In this document: positions 22,341 to 33,604 of the stretch, in pieces | How the letters are laid out: the number at the start of each line of letters is the position of its first letter | Numbering within the stretch: the stretch's first letter is position 1 | Assembly (NCBI GenBank): GCA_020184695.1 | Contig: JAANOX010000050.1 | Coordinates: 62,001-126,000, forward strand | Length of the DNA: 64,000 nucleotides | From: Histomonas meleagridis 2922-C6/04-290x | Lineage: Eukaryota > Protista > Parabasalia | Reading direction: 5' to 3' | Notes under the pieces: model-generated | Seen by the model: the letters and a program-made list of their open reading frames with translations, nothing else | The model's database searches: none | What the model was told of the DNA's origin: nothing | Translations under genes and position numbers: made by a program

Positions 22341-24062
22341 TTACTCTTGTTTTAAATCTGGGAATTGAGCATAAAATTCATCATAGGCCTCTTGATTTTG
22401 CTTAAGATATGGATATTTTTCATAAAATTCATCCAACCTTTTTTGAGCCACTTTTTTATGCAATACGAATCTTTCATAATCTGGTGGATTTTCAAATTGT
22501 TTGCCTGGGATACCATTAAATCCTCCATTATAGAAAAAGAATTTTGTCTTACAAATGTTACAAACAACATTGTTACAACCATCATCTTTATAATAAATTT
22601 CTCCGCATTTTGGACATGTTCTAAAACCTAATGGGCATTTGTTCTGTAATGACTTACTTAAAAGCATATCATATTCTTGTAATCTAAAATTATACTTAAC
22701 ATAATCCGGAATTTTATTTGTATTAAAACCTTTTAATAAGTGGTGAAAATGCCATTGAATTTTAAAATTATAAAAATAATCAACAACTCTTCTAATGTAT
22801 TCATCTCTATTATCAGGATTTATGTTTAAAAATTCGGTATCATCAGGTTTCAAAAAGTCATATTGTTCATTTGATAAATTTACAACATTACCATTATCGT
22901 CAATAATATCAAATTGATTGTAGTCTGGGGATTCAATGCAATCCTGATATAAATCTTTAGCATCATGATGCTGATTTGGATATACTTCTTTTAAGTCATG
23001 GAATGAAATTGCTTTGCTTAAAAGCTTCTTATAAAAAACAAGTGGGAAATGTATTGATGTTTGCGTCTTATTCGTAACGTATGCTGATATTAAAAGCCCA
23101 AGGATTTCTAAGTTTTTAGCATTATCATCATTCTTTTCTATGTCTGTATTAAACCAATAAATGTTTTTACTGTTGGAGATACATTTCATACAATTTGTTT
23201 GTGCAATGAAAAACCAAATTAAATCCATTGAAATTGGTGCAAATTCGAGATTTACTTCGCGTGTAAGTTTAAGACTAATTTGTTCTCCTTCATCAATATG
23301 TGTCTGTAATTTCTTAATATCATTTAATTCTTGATCACCAATTCGTATTATGGCTTCTTTGCTTATATTTTGAATTACTTGTGCGTCATATTCTTTCTTT
23401 TTTGTTATGAAAGGAATCATAAGTTTATATTCTTGTTCTATAGTTTGTGTGGTGTTGTTTTCTTTATATTGTTCAAAAACCACTTCTGGAATAGGACATG
23501 CATCTTTATATTCTAATTGATGTTCAAGATTTTCGTTCGCTAATATAAGATAATATGGAACGCGAAATGTCTCACCATGCTTGAATTTATATGCTTCAAA
23601 GAAATGATGAAAAATATGAATTGCTGATGCCATTAAAATTCGTGATTTTTCAAGTTGTTGATAAAATTCACCAGTGAAAATTCTTGGTATATCAAATTCA
23701 GTTGCTTCAACATAATCACTTGTTTGACTAAATTTATCATATGTTAAGAAATCACCAACGATATTATATGCATGTTTTTGCATATGTTTCGATAACCCAA
23801 GTAATACTAAAAAGGCTCTTTGCATGTTTTTTACATTATTGCTATTTAATATTCTTTCAACTGTTTGATAAATTTTGTCTTCATCAAGATGAATAGTATT
23901 AACATTTTCATCATTATTATAATATTTCAAAAGCTGCTTATTAAAATCAAAACTTCCGTCTTCATTTTCTGGTTCTTGAAAGAGATAAATAAATTCATTC
24001 TCATTGTAGATATTTTCTGGTACTGTTTCGCTCATCAACCAAAATGAACTAAAATTAGGCAT
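22341..24062 (-). CDS. Putative E3 ligase: HECT N-lobe-like region followed by an RBR RING2/Rcat-like motif
   Basis: LEILGLLISAYV...FPLVFYKKLL...ISFHDLKEVYP...INPDNRDEYIRRVVDY...LLKGF...EYDMLL, then CPKCGEIYYKDDGCNNVVCNIC. Confidence 0.65.
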   Translation of the reverse strand: MPNFSSFWLMSETVPENIYNENEFIYLFQEPENEDGSFDFNKQLLKYYNNDENVNTIHLDEDKIYQTVERILNSNNVKNMQRAFLVLLGLSKHMQKHAYNIVGDFLTYDKFSQTSDYVEATEFDIPRIFTGEFYQQLEKSRILMASAIHIFHHFFEAYKFKHGETFRVPYYLILANENLEHQLEYKDACPIPEVVFEQYKENNTTQTIEQEYKLMIPFITKKKEYDAQVIQNISKEAIIRIGDQELNDIKKLQTHIDEGEQISLKLTREVNLEFAPISMDLIWFFIAQTNCMKCISNSKNIYWFNTDIEKNDDNAKNLEILGLLISAYVTNKTQTSIHFPLVFYKKLLSKAISFHDLKEVYPNQHHDAKDLYQDCIESPDYNQFDIIDDNGNVVNLSNEQYDFLKPDDTEFLNINPDNRDEYIRRVVDYFYNFKIQWHFHHLLKGFNTNKIPDYVKYNFRLQEYDMLLSKSLQNKCPLGFRTCPKCGEIYYKDDGCNNVVCNICKTKFFFYNGGFNGIPGKQFENPPDYERFVLHKKVAQKRLDEFYEKYPYLKQNQEAYDEFYAQFPDLKQE

Positions 24063-24184
24063 TTTTTAAAAAAATTAGCCAACTTTACTTATCGTTACAT
24101 TGAAAACACTGGAAAAATAAATTTATTTTCGGTTAAAATACATCAACATTAATTTTTGCCAATAATTACTTCATTGTTTTTTTT

Positions 24185-24985
24185 ATGAACCGAAATTCTT
24201 CAATGTCTTCTCCTAAACGTGATTTAGAACCAAGCATTCAAAAACAAATTATTAAATTTAAAGAAACAGAAAAAATAAAGCCGAATGAAAAAGAGGATAT
24301 TAAATCGTTTGATAATCTTATTTTTGTCTTGAATTTACTATCAGGTGGAAAATTCAAAGATGACTTACAGAAACTAAAACCTAGAGGTAAGATATTTTTC
24401 ATTGTTAGAGATTCTTATCTAAAGTATGGAAAATTTATATTAGCTCATAAAGAATCCTTTGGATTCACAGAAGATGACCTAAATAAAATTAAAGATGATC
24501 TTGTCCCACTAAGTAAATCCACTGATGATAATGCATTTTGTACAACTTATTATTGGCTTTTTAATAAGTGTTCTAGAGAAGATATTTTGCCTGAATTTAA
24601 GAAAATAACAACTAATATCAAAAAGGTTAATACTGATTTTCTGACAAATGTAAAAGAAATTCCTAAAAAAACTGAAATCAAAAGTATAGGAAAACTCAAA
24701 ATTCCAGAAAATTATCTTAAGATTGGCCAAGTCAAAACGCCTATTTTAGGTAAAAATCAAATATCAGATACATTAACAGAATTACAAGAAAAACAAAACA
24801 AAATTAAAGTTGAATCGGTAAGAGTATTCCATAATATGATTATTCAAAAAGTAAGTAAAGAAAAAGAGGAAAACAAAAAAGAGAAAAGGAAGAAACGTAT
24901 AGATGATTATCGTATGAAAAAAGAAAAATATTTAGCAAACTTTAGAGCAAATTTGCTAAATTCATCAATAAAAAGTCAACCTTGA
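24185..24985 (+). CDS. Lys-rich hypothetical protein
   Basis: 266-aa ATG-initiated ORF; no recognisable motif. Confidence 0.55.
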   Translation: MNRNSSMSSPKRDLEPSIQKQIIKFKETEKIKPNEKEDIKSFDNLIFVLNLLSGGKFKDDLQKLKPRGKIFFIVRDSYLKYGKFILAHKESFGFTEDDLNKIKDDLVPLSKSTDDNAFCTTYYWLFNKCSREDILPEFKKITTNIKKVNTDFLTNVKEIPKKTEIKSIGKLKIPENYLKIGQVKTPILGKNQISDTLTELQEKQNKIKVESVRVFHNMIIQKVSKEKEENKKEKRKKRIDDYRMKKEKYLANFRANLLNSSIKSQP

Positions 24986-25107
24986 TATCATATAAATCTT
25001 GTCTCTTATTTGAAGTTTAACATTGTTTAATAAAAAATTTATTAGTATACACATAAATGTTAAAATTTAGTTTAAAAAACAAACAAAACAAAAAATGATT
25101 AAATTCT

Positions 25108-26550
25108 TCACTTGGGTTCAAGGTACGATTGAATCGCTTTTGATGTTGCCTTTTCCAAGTGCTCCATTTCTATGAGTTCATCACATATCAATCTCAAAGA
25201 GTTGAGATAATTGCAAAGATCTTCGTTGGTCCATTCTGTTTCAAAATCTTGGCCCATATGCTTGAGCAAGCGTTGTAGCTCGTGCTTACTACTTTCATTG
25301 TTTCCAACTGTTTTATCATCATTTTCAAATTGCTCAAAATGAGAATAAATTTGTGTGACCTTTTGAGAAATTTCGCGACCTAAAAGCTGCATCTGTGCAT
25401 TAAACTTATGTCTTTCGCACCAAATTTATCATATTTTCCTTGCGTTTTAATAGCTAGTTTCACAATTTCTTCATTTTCTTGTTGTTGTTTTGCATTTTCA
25501 GCATTGTCCTTAAATTGGTCAACCATTACACCAACAAATATATTCGCAAAAACAAAAGCACCGACCCATAACCAAAGATCAGAGTTAACGGCCTCCCGAC
25601 AACCGCCGAAACTTCACTGAAAATTGAGAGCCAACTGTCAAAAGTCATCAATTGGAAAACGGTTACCATCGATTTCCCAAATGAACGAAATTTGTATCTG
25701 CATTCGTAATCCTCGTTATCGCTAATTGTATATTCATAAAATAACCATTGCCCTATTATTGCAAAAATACACATAATAAGAACTATTAAGATGGAAACAA
25801 ATAACATGGATTTGGATGCAGATGCAAGAGCTTCTGTTATTTTTTGAAGTGACGAAATTCTAGGAACAAGACGAAATATACGAGATGCATTAAGAATATA
25901 AATTATCTTAATTTTTCACCAAGATGCATAATACCAAAATTCAATTGGGTACAAACTAACATAACAAACCCAGGTGGACATATTGATATTACAAATAAAA
26001 ATGAAATCAAAAACATTCCAAACGTTTGTCCAAAAGTTTCGGCGATGTGCAAGAATTTTTAATGTAATCTCAACAAAATAAAACGCTGTTGCAACAAATT
26101 CATAGTTTCTAAAAATTTGAAAAAGAAGTCTGTGTTCTTCTTCGTTAGCTGAGCAAAGGTAAACTGATGAAAATACATTGATAAACAATAAAACTGTGAT
26201 AAAATAAGAAACAATTGGTGATTGAGTTATCTTAAAAGCTGTGTAAAAAAATGTTACTTTATATTTGTATCTGAGTCGATTTCTTTCTCGATAAATTTGA
26301 TTAAATTCTGATTTTTCAATCCTCCTGAGTGGCTGAATTGCAACAGGTTGGTTGGGCGTTTGTTTCACAAGTTGGTCAGGTTCTTTTTCAAAATCATCTG
26401 ATACAGAAGATGATATAGAAACTGCAAAAGGAGTTGATGACCCTTCCATTTTTCTGCTAATTCGCCAGTATCTTCTTCTTCTTCTTCTGCTAATTGATGG
26501 CGAAGAAGCATTGATCTTCGTGCAGTTGATTTGATTTTTTGAGGTTTCAT
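25108..26550 (-). pseudogene. Single-domain 6TM voltage-gated cation channel (Ion_trans), broken by several frameshifts
   Basis: S2/S3 FVEITLKILA...WNVFDF, S4 ASRIFRLVPRI, pore FRSFGKSMVTVFQLMTFDSW and S6 ANIFVGVMVDQF lie in different frames. Confidence 0.8.
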
Positions 26551-28061
26551 TTATTCTATTCTCCTCATGTATTGTAAACTATTGAAACATGAATACGTTA
26601 AAAAGTGCATTTTTGCAAAAGGATATGATTTGGTAACAATTTTGGAAATAAAGAGTATTGAATTATATTTTTATAATATTTTTTAAATTTTGCATTGTTG
26701 AAACTAAATAAAATATATGTTTCGATTGTTTTGTTATTTGGAACAGAGGCGATTGAAATGCGTCTGACCTCAGAAACAGAAAACAAATAAATACTAAGGA
26801 ATTGTTATATGAAAAATAATTATCTTGAATTAGTAACAACTAATAAGTTAATTCATAATTATCTTGATTCTTTGAAAAAATATTTAAAATATATTATGGT
26901 TAATGTTCAATCATAAAGAGTTCTCTTTTTCTGTTTCGAAATATTGGATCAAGTTAAAAATGACTTCTAAATTAACAATTTGTTGTAACAATTTGTGTGA
27001 ACACTTAAAATATAAAATTTATCTGACCATATCCTCACGGAAGCATTTTACACTATAAATATGATTATCTCCGGTTTTATTTCCAGTTCTTTGATTGACT
27101 TTTTTGATACAAATGAAACAAACGATGTAAGACACTATTATCATTTCCCAATTATATGAGGTAATTTCTATATTATTTAGATACGAGTTATTGAAAACAA
27201 TATCTGTAAAACAATAATTATAAAATAATATTCAATCTTTAATTAGAAATGATTTATTTCGCAAACAGCTTTAAGAGTTTTCTAATGTAAATCTCATTAG
27301 AGATTTCATCAATTATTATAACTGCATAAACATAATTCTAATTCTTAAATTAATTCAACCTGTTCAATTCTATTCTTTAACAAAATTATTAATTTATAAA
27401 AAAATTTAATAAATATCATTAACATCACTCAAAGAGCATAATTTTTTGACAGTTTGGTTGGTTGACTCCGTCTTGTTATCATTATTATTATAATTAAGAT
27501 GAAATTTCATATCTGAAACCTATAAGAGTATAGCTTATTTTAAATATCAGAATATTTCAATTATGATTTAAAACATTTTGTGTTCACAAAATCGATTGTG
27601 TCATTTTATTCTCACATAAAATTTTTATGCCAGCGACAATACATGTGAGAAAAAAATATAAATATAGCTTGATAAATGAAATGTATAAATATTCTCATAT
27701 AATTATTTATTTAACGCATTAAAAGAAGTCAAGTGTTTTTACGGAATGAAGTCATTGTTATCGGTTTCTTTTTTTAACGTAAATTTATTTTATCGTACAC
27801 ACAAATATTTAAATGAAGCATACCAAAAAGTCAGAATTGACAACGAGGTAAAATTTTCAATGGTTACACCCGTCTTGTAGCTTTTTGAAATGATACAAAA
27901 TGAATAAAACGATTAATTAACACTCAAAAACTATCGTTTCAGCTTTTTCAGAGCACAGTTGCTAACAACAAAGTGGCCGTTTGTCATTTGTGATCAAACC
28001 ATATGCCAGAACATTCAATTTTCAGAGGGCTTTAAAAATAAAATTTGTTAAATAATCATCA

Positions 28062-29132
28062 ATGAACAAAAAAGATAAGCCACCAAAAATCAAGGACTGC
28101 TCACAACTGAACTTTAATACTTGGCTAGGACCAATACCTCAAGTAGATCCAGCAGATATTCCCGTTGATAATTCGCCATACCAATATCCTCCGAATTTTG
28201 CAAACGATTTTAACAAACATTCAGTCAACGCAGTTAAAAACGCAAAATCCATCGGGTATTCTCAGTACTTGACTTATGTTTATGATATAGCTCCTTATCT
28301 ATTTTATTGCCCAGGAATTCATCCAAGAGCTCTAACCATGTATTTCTTTAGTATGCCATCACAAGCACCAGCTCTGTTTTACTTCTATTTTTCTTCGATA
28401 TCTCTTGAGTATGTTCCTCTTGCAGTTGCAATTCGAACGCTATTATCTCGAATTTCTTTTCCAAAAAATATGGCGCAAGTTCTTGTCATCATTGATTCCT
28501 TTGCCGACGCATACCATACAGCCAATCCATTTTTGTACGAAAACAAAAGCGATATTGTCAAGATTGTAAATGCGTCCATTGTTTTAACTCTTAACCGAAG
28601 AGGCGAAGAATCAATGTCATGCACTTCCTTCCTTAGCATTCTTCAAAGCACTAAATCTCCAACAGAAGACAAAGAACGAGTTTATGAATATTTGAAATCA
28701 AATCCAATTCCATTGTTTTTCGGATTTGTGGAATTGACATCTGAACCGAACATGGCAATGTGTGGTGAGCTTACCAAGATTGGTAGCGGATCTCTTCTCA
28801 AACGGAAAAAGAAACGATTGTTCCAATTAACTGGGTATACAAACGTAATGCAATCTTTCAAAGGTAAAGAAAAGAACGAGCTCTCTCTGGAGATCCCTCT
28901 GACAAACATTAAGGTGAAATATATTCCGGCGAATCAAAAGGATCCATCTCATTTCATCCTTAAGAGTGGCGATGGGAATCCGTTCGGTAAGAAGTATGCC
29001 AATGGTAAGGTTAAGCCGAGTAAGAACAACTTCTACACATTTTATGCGAATAATGATAAGGATGTCAGGCATTGGGTGGATATGATTAACTTGGTTTCTT
29101 TCCATAAACTGATTAAGGAACTGGCGAAATAA
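28062..29132 (+). CDS. Sec7-like plus PH domain protein (cytohesin-like architecture)
   Basis: AIRTLLSRISFPKNMAQVLVIIDSFADAYHTANP (Sec7 motif-like) and a PH domain (GELTKIG...KKRLFQL...YANNDKDVRHWVDMI). Confidence 0.7.
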   Translation: MNKKDKPPKIKDCSQLNFNTWLGPIPQVDPADIPVDNSPYQYPPNFANDFNKHSVNAVKNAKSIGYSQYLTYVYDIAPYLFYCPGIHPRALTMYFFSMPSQAPALFYFYFSSISLEYVPLAVAIRTLLSRISFPKNMAQVLVIIDSFADAYHTANPFLYENKSDIVKIVNASIVLTLNRRGEESMSCTSFLSILQSTKSPTEDKERVYEYLKSNPIPLFFGFVELTSEPNMAMCGELTKIGSGSLLKRKKKRLFQLTGYTNVMQSFKGKEKNELSLEIPLTNIKVKYIPANQKDPSHFILKSGDGNPFGKKYANGKVKPSKNNFYTFYANNDKDVRHWVDMINLVSFHKLIKELAK

Positions 29133-29570
29133 ACATTCGCATTAATTGTCTTTTTTGTGCCAATATTGATGTGAAGATTTGAAACCTCCAAAATACAGCG
29201 GTTTCATTGAAATAACGCCTTTTTGATAGATTTACTTCGTTATTAATTATTTTTTTTTTTGGAGAAAAAAAAGCACTTTTTTTGCTGACTTTCCACAAAT
29301 TAATTCTTCTACAAATCATTCAACTTGTTTGTTGACATTAGGCGGCATTTTTATCTTCAATTTTTTGTCTTTTGTGGTATCTCACTAAATATAATTCTTG
29401 AATTTCTGTAACAAAAAAGGAATTAAACGGTCGACATTCAAATTTCAATGCTTTTGTGGGCAGTTCAACTTTATTTTGAATGCTTTACATACATGAACAA
29501 CACTTTTCGACAATCATTCAATTCACAACTTCCAACAGAAATACTTGACAAACCCTCTTAATAAATAGGT

Positions 29571-32500
29571 ATGAGATCTGATCTTGTTTTTTTCCTTCCA
29601 TTACTAGCTGATAAAAAACTGTTAGAAGACAACTCAGCACAATATGCATTAGTTTCATATGATCGAGATGTAATAATTCCTGCAACAAAACATTTAATGC
29701 CTTACATCAAGGAAAACTTAAACAAAGTTTCATCATCAAAAAGAAAGATCAAATTTCTTACAGAGTTTCTTGCCGTTTCTCTTGCAATGCCAATTGAAGA
29801 ATATAAAAATATCGAAATTTCTGTCGAAATTTATGAAAAATGGTTAAAAGACCCATCACTGCTTGGAGATACTATAAAGGTGCAAAACAAATATATACAA
29901 AAGATTGTTTTACAACTTTCTTCTCCATTTGGTTTTATTAACTCAGAAAATTCGAATCTTGAAGAATTTGAAACAAAATTTTATAAGATTTTAACGAGGA
30001 TACTTTCCATATATCTAAATCTTGCTCGAGAACAAGGCAAGATTTTCACAAATGATACATGGGTTATTTTATTTAAAACATTAATTGGAGTATGTGACTC
30101 GATTTTTAGCTTCGATTTCAGTAGGCTACTCTCTTCAGGCAAAGATTCATTTATAAAGGACAAAGCAGTTGATACATTATTTTCCATTCTTTATGTAAGT
30201 GGTCTTAAATCCGATGATGTATGGAAGACCTTTCAACTTTACTTTCGTAGCTGGAGTAATGACATCAATTTCATCAAAAATTGGGGAAAAAATTTGAAAA
30301 TATTATTTTTTGGATTAACATCATTTTTATTTTCACAGCCATTGGCACTTAATGAAGTCTTTGATGGTGGCATTTATTCAATAGAAGGGAATGAGCTTGA
30401 CATCTCAACTCTTTTTTTCATATTCAATAACGTATACCTATCGGTAGGCATTGAAAAAATTGTCACTTCACCTGACATTTTTTCTGATGTCGCCGATTCA
30501 ATTAACTTCATCGTCCAAACCGCTCGAACCGTTTCGGAAGAGAACTCTCAATTCTTTATTCAGAAGTTTCCAGCTCGAGAATTTCTTCGCTTATTTGGAT
30601 CAATACTGACAAAATCACCAAGCGACCAAACAAGTGATTTTGATTTGGCACTGTCCAAAAATACTGATTCAATTCTTTTTATTATATCAAATTTCGATCT
30701 TAAAGGTACCGAGAAAATTTACCCACATCTCATTACTTTTGTACTGAATAGGGTTAATGGATTCCATCAACTTAATAATGCTGCTTTTATTCAAAGAGGA
30801 GCTGATTTAATTTCATCCAATATCCAAGGAACAGGTTATATATCTATTCAATCTCTTCGCCTCATGGAGTTTTTTGATATGTCTCAAGTTTCTAGTGTCT
30901 ACAAGAAAGAATATTTATATCCATTTTTATGTCAATTATTTATTACTGCATCTGAGATATCATCATTAAATCCTGAAATTGTAGAAGTCATCAACAGTGT
31001 TAACAACAAGAATTACTTCGAGAAACCGTTCAAATGCGTTTTTTCACAAATTGATAATATTGATAATTTATTTTTCGTTATGGTAGCCACTTCATTTACT
31101 TTAAACATATCAATTCTCAGTGAGATAAAGCGTAAGTTAGTTCATTCAAAGAAAAGCGGCTTTAAGCAATCATCATTGATATCGTCAATTTTTTGTTTTT
31201 TAAGTGTTATCATAAAATACGACAAAGACATAGTTGAAGTAATGCATGACCAAGACTTTATACCATTAATTGTCTCAATTGTTCAAACTACAAAAGACGA
31301 TGTCAACTTACTCATTTCATCGTTACAGTTATTCCTATCGTTGATTGAATGGGGCGACGATATCTTTCAAAAAGGGAATAACACGACCTCATTTTTAACG
31401 TACACCAAATACATCAAAATGATTTTGGCATCAAACGCAACCGACATTCATTCAAAAAGTTTAAACAAAATCGAGACATTATATGAAACCATCTTAAGCA
31501 AAGTTAATCTCCATAACCCTTGTTTTGATTATTATTCACGTCAATTAGACACACACATTCAGATCAATGAGGATTACATCATCAACTCCATGAAAATCAC
31601 ATCGCCAATCATTAATTATTATACAATTAATGATAATTTATTAGTATCATTCATCGAATATTCGAAAACTAACACACAATCACAAATAGTTATAGCACGT
31701 GGATCATTCGGTAAAAGTATTTGGACAATTAAAGACTTTTGTAAAGGCCATACTAAGGAGCCAATGCTTTCTAACATTATAAAACCTAAAGAAATCACAA
31801 AATTAAAAGAAATAGAATCAGTTCCATCGAAGAATTCTTCACCGAAATATTTACCACAAATCAAATTAACACAACTTAATCAAGACGACGAATTATTACG
31901 TGATAAATATATCGATGAATATTATCAATGGCTTAATTGGGACAAATATTCATTTTGTTTGCCATTAAATTATAATTCATTAACACAACGAACACAAATA
32001 TCGAACTTCTTAGCGCGCATTGGTTTGTTGGGCAGTCATAACAAGTTTAATATCAAATTACAAAATGATAATATATCGAAAGTTAAAAATGTCATTAAAA
32101 CTTTGGATGAAACTGAGAAATTGAACTTAATAATTGTTCCAATAATCCATGTGATAGAATCTGATGATTCATTGGAGTCAACAATTAAACATTTTCGTAC
32201 GAAATCAGAAAAATTACAAATTTTCATGAGCCAAATCGCAGAGCCGATGATAATAACAAAGGAATCGTCAAAGTTACACAATTTGCCAAACTTTAACACT
32301 TCTGTACCCGTTCTCCCGATATCGAATGGAGCAATCGCATTTGTTTGCACATCAATGTTAGAAAACGAAGTTGATGCATTAAATCTGATAAATAATTCAA
32401 AGGATTCAATGATCAGAATTATATTCAATGAGACAAACTTTGACATAAAATTCAATAAATACATTAACGGTAATAACCGTAAACAGTTGCAGTTAATTGT

Positions 32501-32777
32501 GAAGCCGTTAATAAACGGCGCGTTCCAAATAACATCAAACCCATTGAACTTGGCAAACTATATAATCCCATTCTTGCAAAAGCAAACAATGAGAGCAAAG
32601 TCTTTCGCTTTTAACGTTGCGATTTGTATGGAAATATTTGCAGATGAAAGAGACGAAAATGAATTTGAAAATCTGTGTAAGAAAAGAGAAGAAATCATTA
32701 AAAAGGAATTATGTAATGATAAAAGTGTCGATAAGGAATTAGGAACTGAAATAGCATTCTTGTCAATAAATGAGTAA
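29571..32777 (+). CDS. RalGAP-beta/tuberin-like large protein (degenerate Rap-GAP-like C-terminus)
   Basis: 1068-aa ORF with LAMPIEE..NIEISVEIYEKWL, IQKIVLQLSSPF and IARGSFGKSIW, resembling RalGAP subunits. Confidence 0.6.
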   Translation: MRSDLVFFLPLLADKKLLEDNSAQYALVSYDRDVIIPATKHLMPYIKENLNKVSSSKRKIKFLTEFLAVSLAMPIEEYKNIEISVEIYEKWLKDPSLLGDTIKVQNKYIQKIVLQLSSPFGFINSENSNLEEFETKFYKILTRILSIYLNLAREQGKIFTNDTWVILFKTLIGVCDSIFSFDFSRLLSSGKDSFIKDKAVDTLFSILYVSGLKSDDVWKTFQLYFRSWSNDINFIKNWGKNLKILFFGLTSFLFSQPLALNEVFDGGIYSIEGNELDISTLFFIFNNVYLSVGIEKIVTSPDIFSDVADSINFIVQTARTVSEENSQFFIQKFPAREFLRLFGSILTKSPSDQTSDFDLALSKNTDSILFIISNFDLKGTEKIYPHLITFVLNRVNGFHQLNNAAFIQRGADLISSNIQGTGYISIQSLRLMEFFDMSQVSSVYKKEYLYPFLCQLFITASEISSLNPEIVEVINSVNNKNYFEKPFKCVFSQIDNIDNLFFVMVATSFTLNISILSEIKRKLVHSKKSGFKQSSLISSIFCFLSVIIKYDKDIVEVMHDQDFIPLIVSIVQTTKDDVNLLISSLQLFLSLIEWGDDIFQKGNNTTSFLTYTKYIKMILASNATDIHSKSLNKIETLYETILSKVNLHNPCFDYYSRQLDTHIQINEDYIINSMKITSPIINYYTINDNLLVSFIEYSKTNTQSQIVIARGSFGKSIWTIKDFCKGHTKEPMLSNIIKPKEITKLKEIESVPSKNSSPKYLPQIKLTQLNQDDELLRDKYIDEYYQWLNWDKYSFCLPLNYNSLTQRTQISNFLARIGLLGSHNKFNIKLQNDNISKVKNVIKTLDETEKLNLIIVPIIHVIESDDSLESTIKHFRTKSEKLQIFMSQIAEPMIITKESSKLHNLPNFNTSVPVLPISNGAIAFVCTSMLENEVDALNLINNSKDSMIRIIFNETNFDIKFNKYINGNNRKQLQLIVKPLINGAFQITSNPLNLANYIIPFLQKQTMRAKSFAFNVAICMEIFADERDENEFENLCKKREEIIKKELCNDKSVDKELGTEIAFLSINE

Positions 32778-33167
32778 AAGTTTTGTAATTTTAAAGCACT
32801 TTTGTGTAAATCACTTAATTTGTGTCTCTGGTAACTCGGAGTTGTACTTAAAGCACAAGGAGCTTCACAACTTTATGTATCAAAAAATGATTTTTTTTGA
32901 TCCATCAAAAGATTTTGTATGGAAAACAGAATCAGCAAAGAAATGCTGCGCGATTTTGTTATAGAACGGATATCATGAAATTGGACTTCTTTTACTAAGA
33001 AACATAAACAGGCGAAGAAATCTCTTTGCGTTATGCAGTTTCGAAGAAGGAAGAACATGAGTGAAAGTGAGGATATTTGCCACATACGATAGAGTTTTCA
33101 ATGCGCCATTTTGTGAAATATGAAAATCAAAGGTTTACATAGCCGTCGGATAACATTCGGCCAAATA

Positions 33168-33383
33168 ATGTCTTCGAGTTGGGTTCTTTATACTTTGTTG
33201 GTGATTCTCGTGCTATTTATTATGCTAACAGTTCACGTTTGGAAAAATAAGGAATATTACTTTGAAATGGTAGGAATGGAACTTCCACCCCAACTGCAAA
33301 ATAGAATGAAAAGAAATGAAAAGAAAGTTAGAGCCCACCCAAACGCAAGAAAAACCGGCAAAGCAAAAAGACATGCTAAATAA
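33168..33383 (+). CDS. Small single-TM protein
   Basis: MSSSWVLYTLLVILVLFIMLTVHVW followed by a basic tail. Confidence 0.55.
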   Translation: MSSSWVLYTLLVILVLFIMLTVHVWKNKEYYFEMVGMELPPQLQNRMKRNEKKVRAHPNARKTGKAKRHAK

Positions 33384-33604
33384 ATCATATGTTGATTTTA
33401 TTTAAATCGCATTTTTGATATCAAAACAATCCTCATTGTTATTTGTGTTTTTTATTGGCGTTATAATTTAGTGTCACGTATTAATTAAAAATATCCATTA
33501 TTTATTAAAAATATAAAATTATCAAAATCAGATTTTGCTTTAGAATTTCAATCTCCGAAAGTTTGAACTTAAATAAAAACAAAAAACATTTCCCTAAAAA
33601 AATT

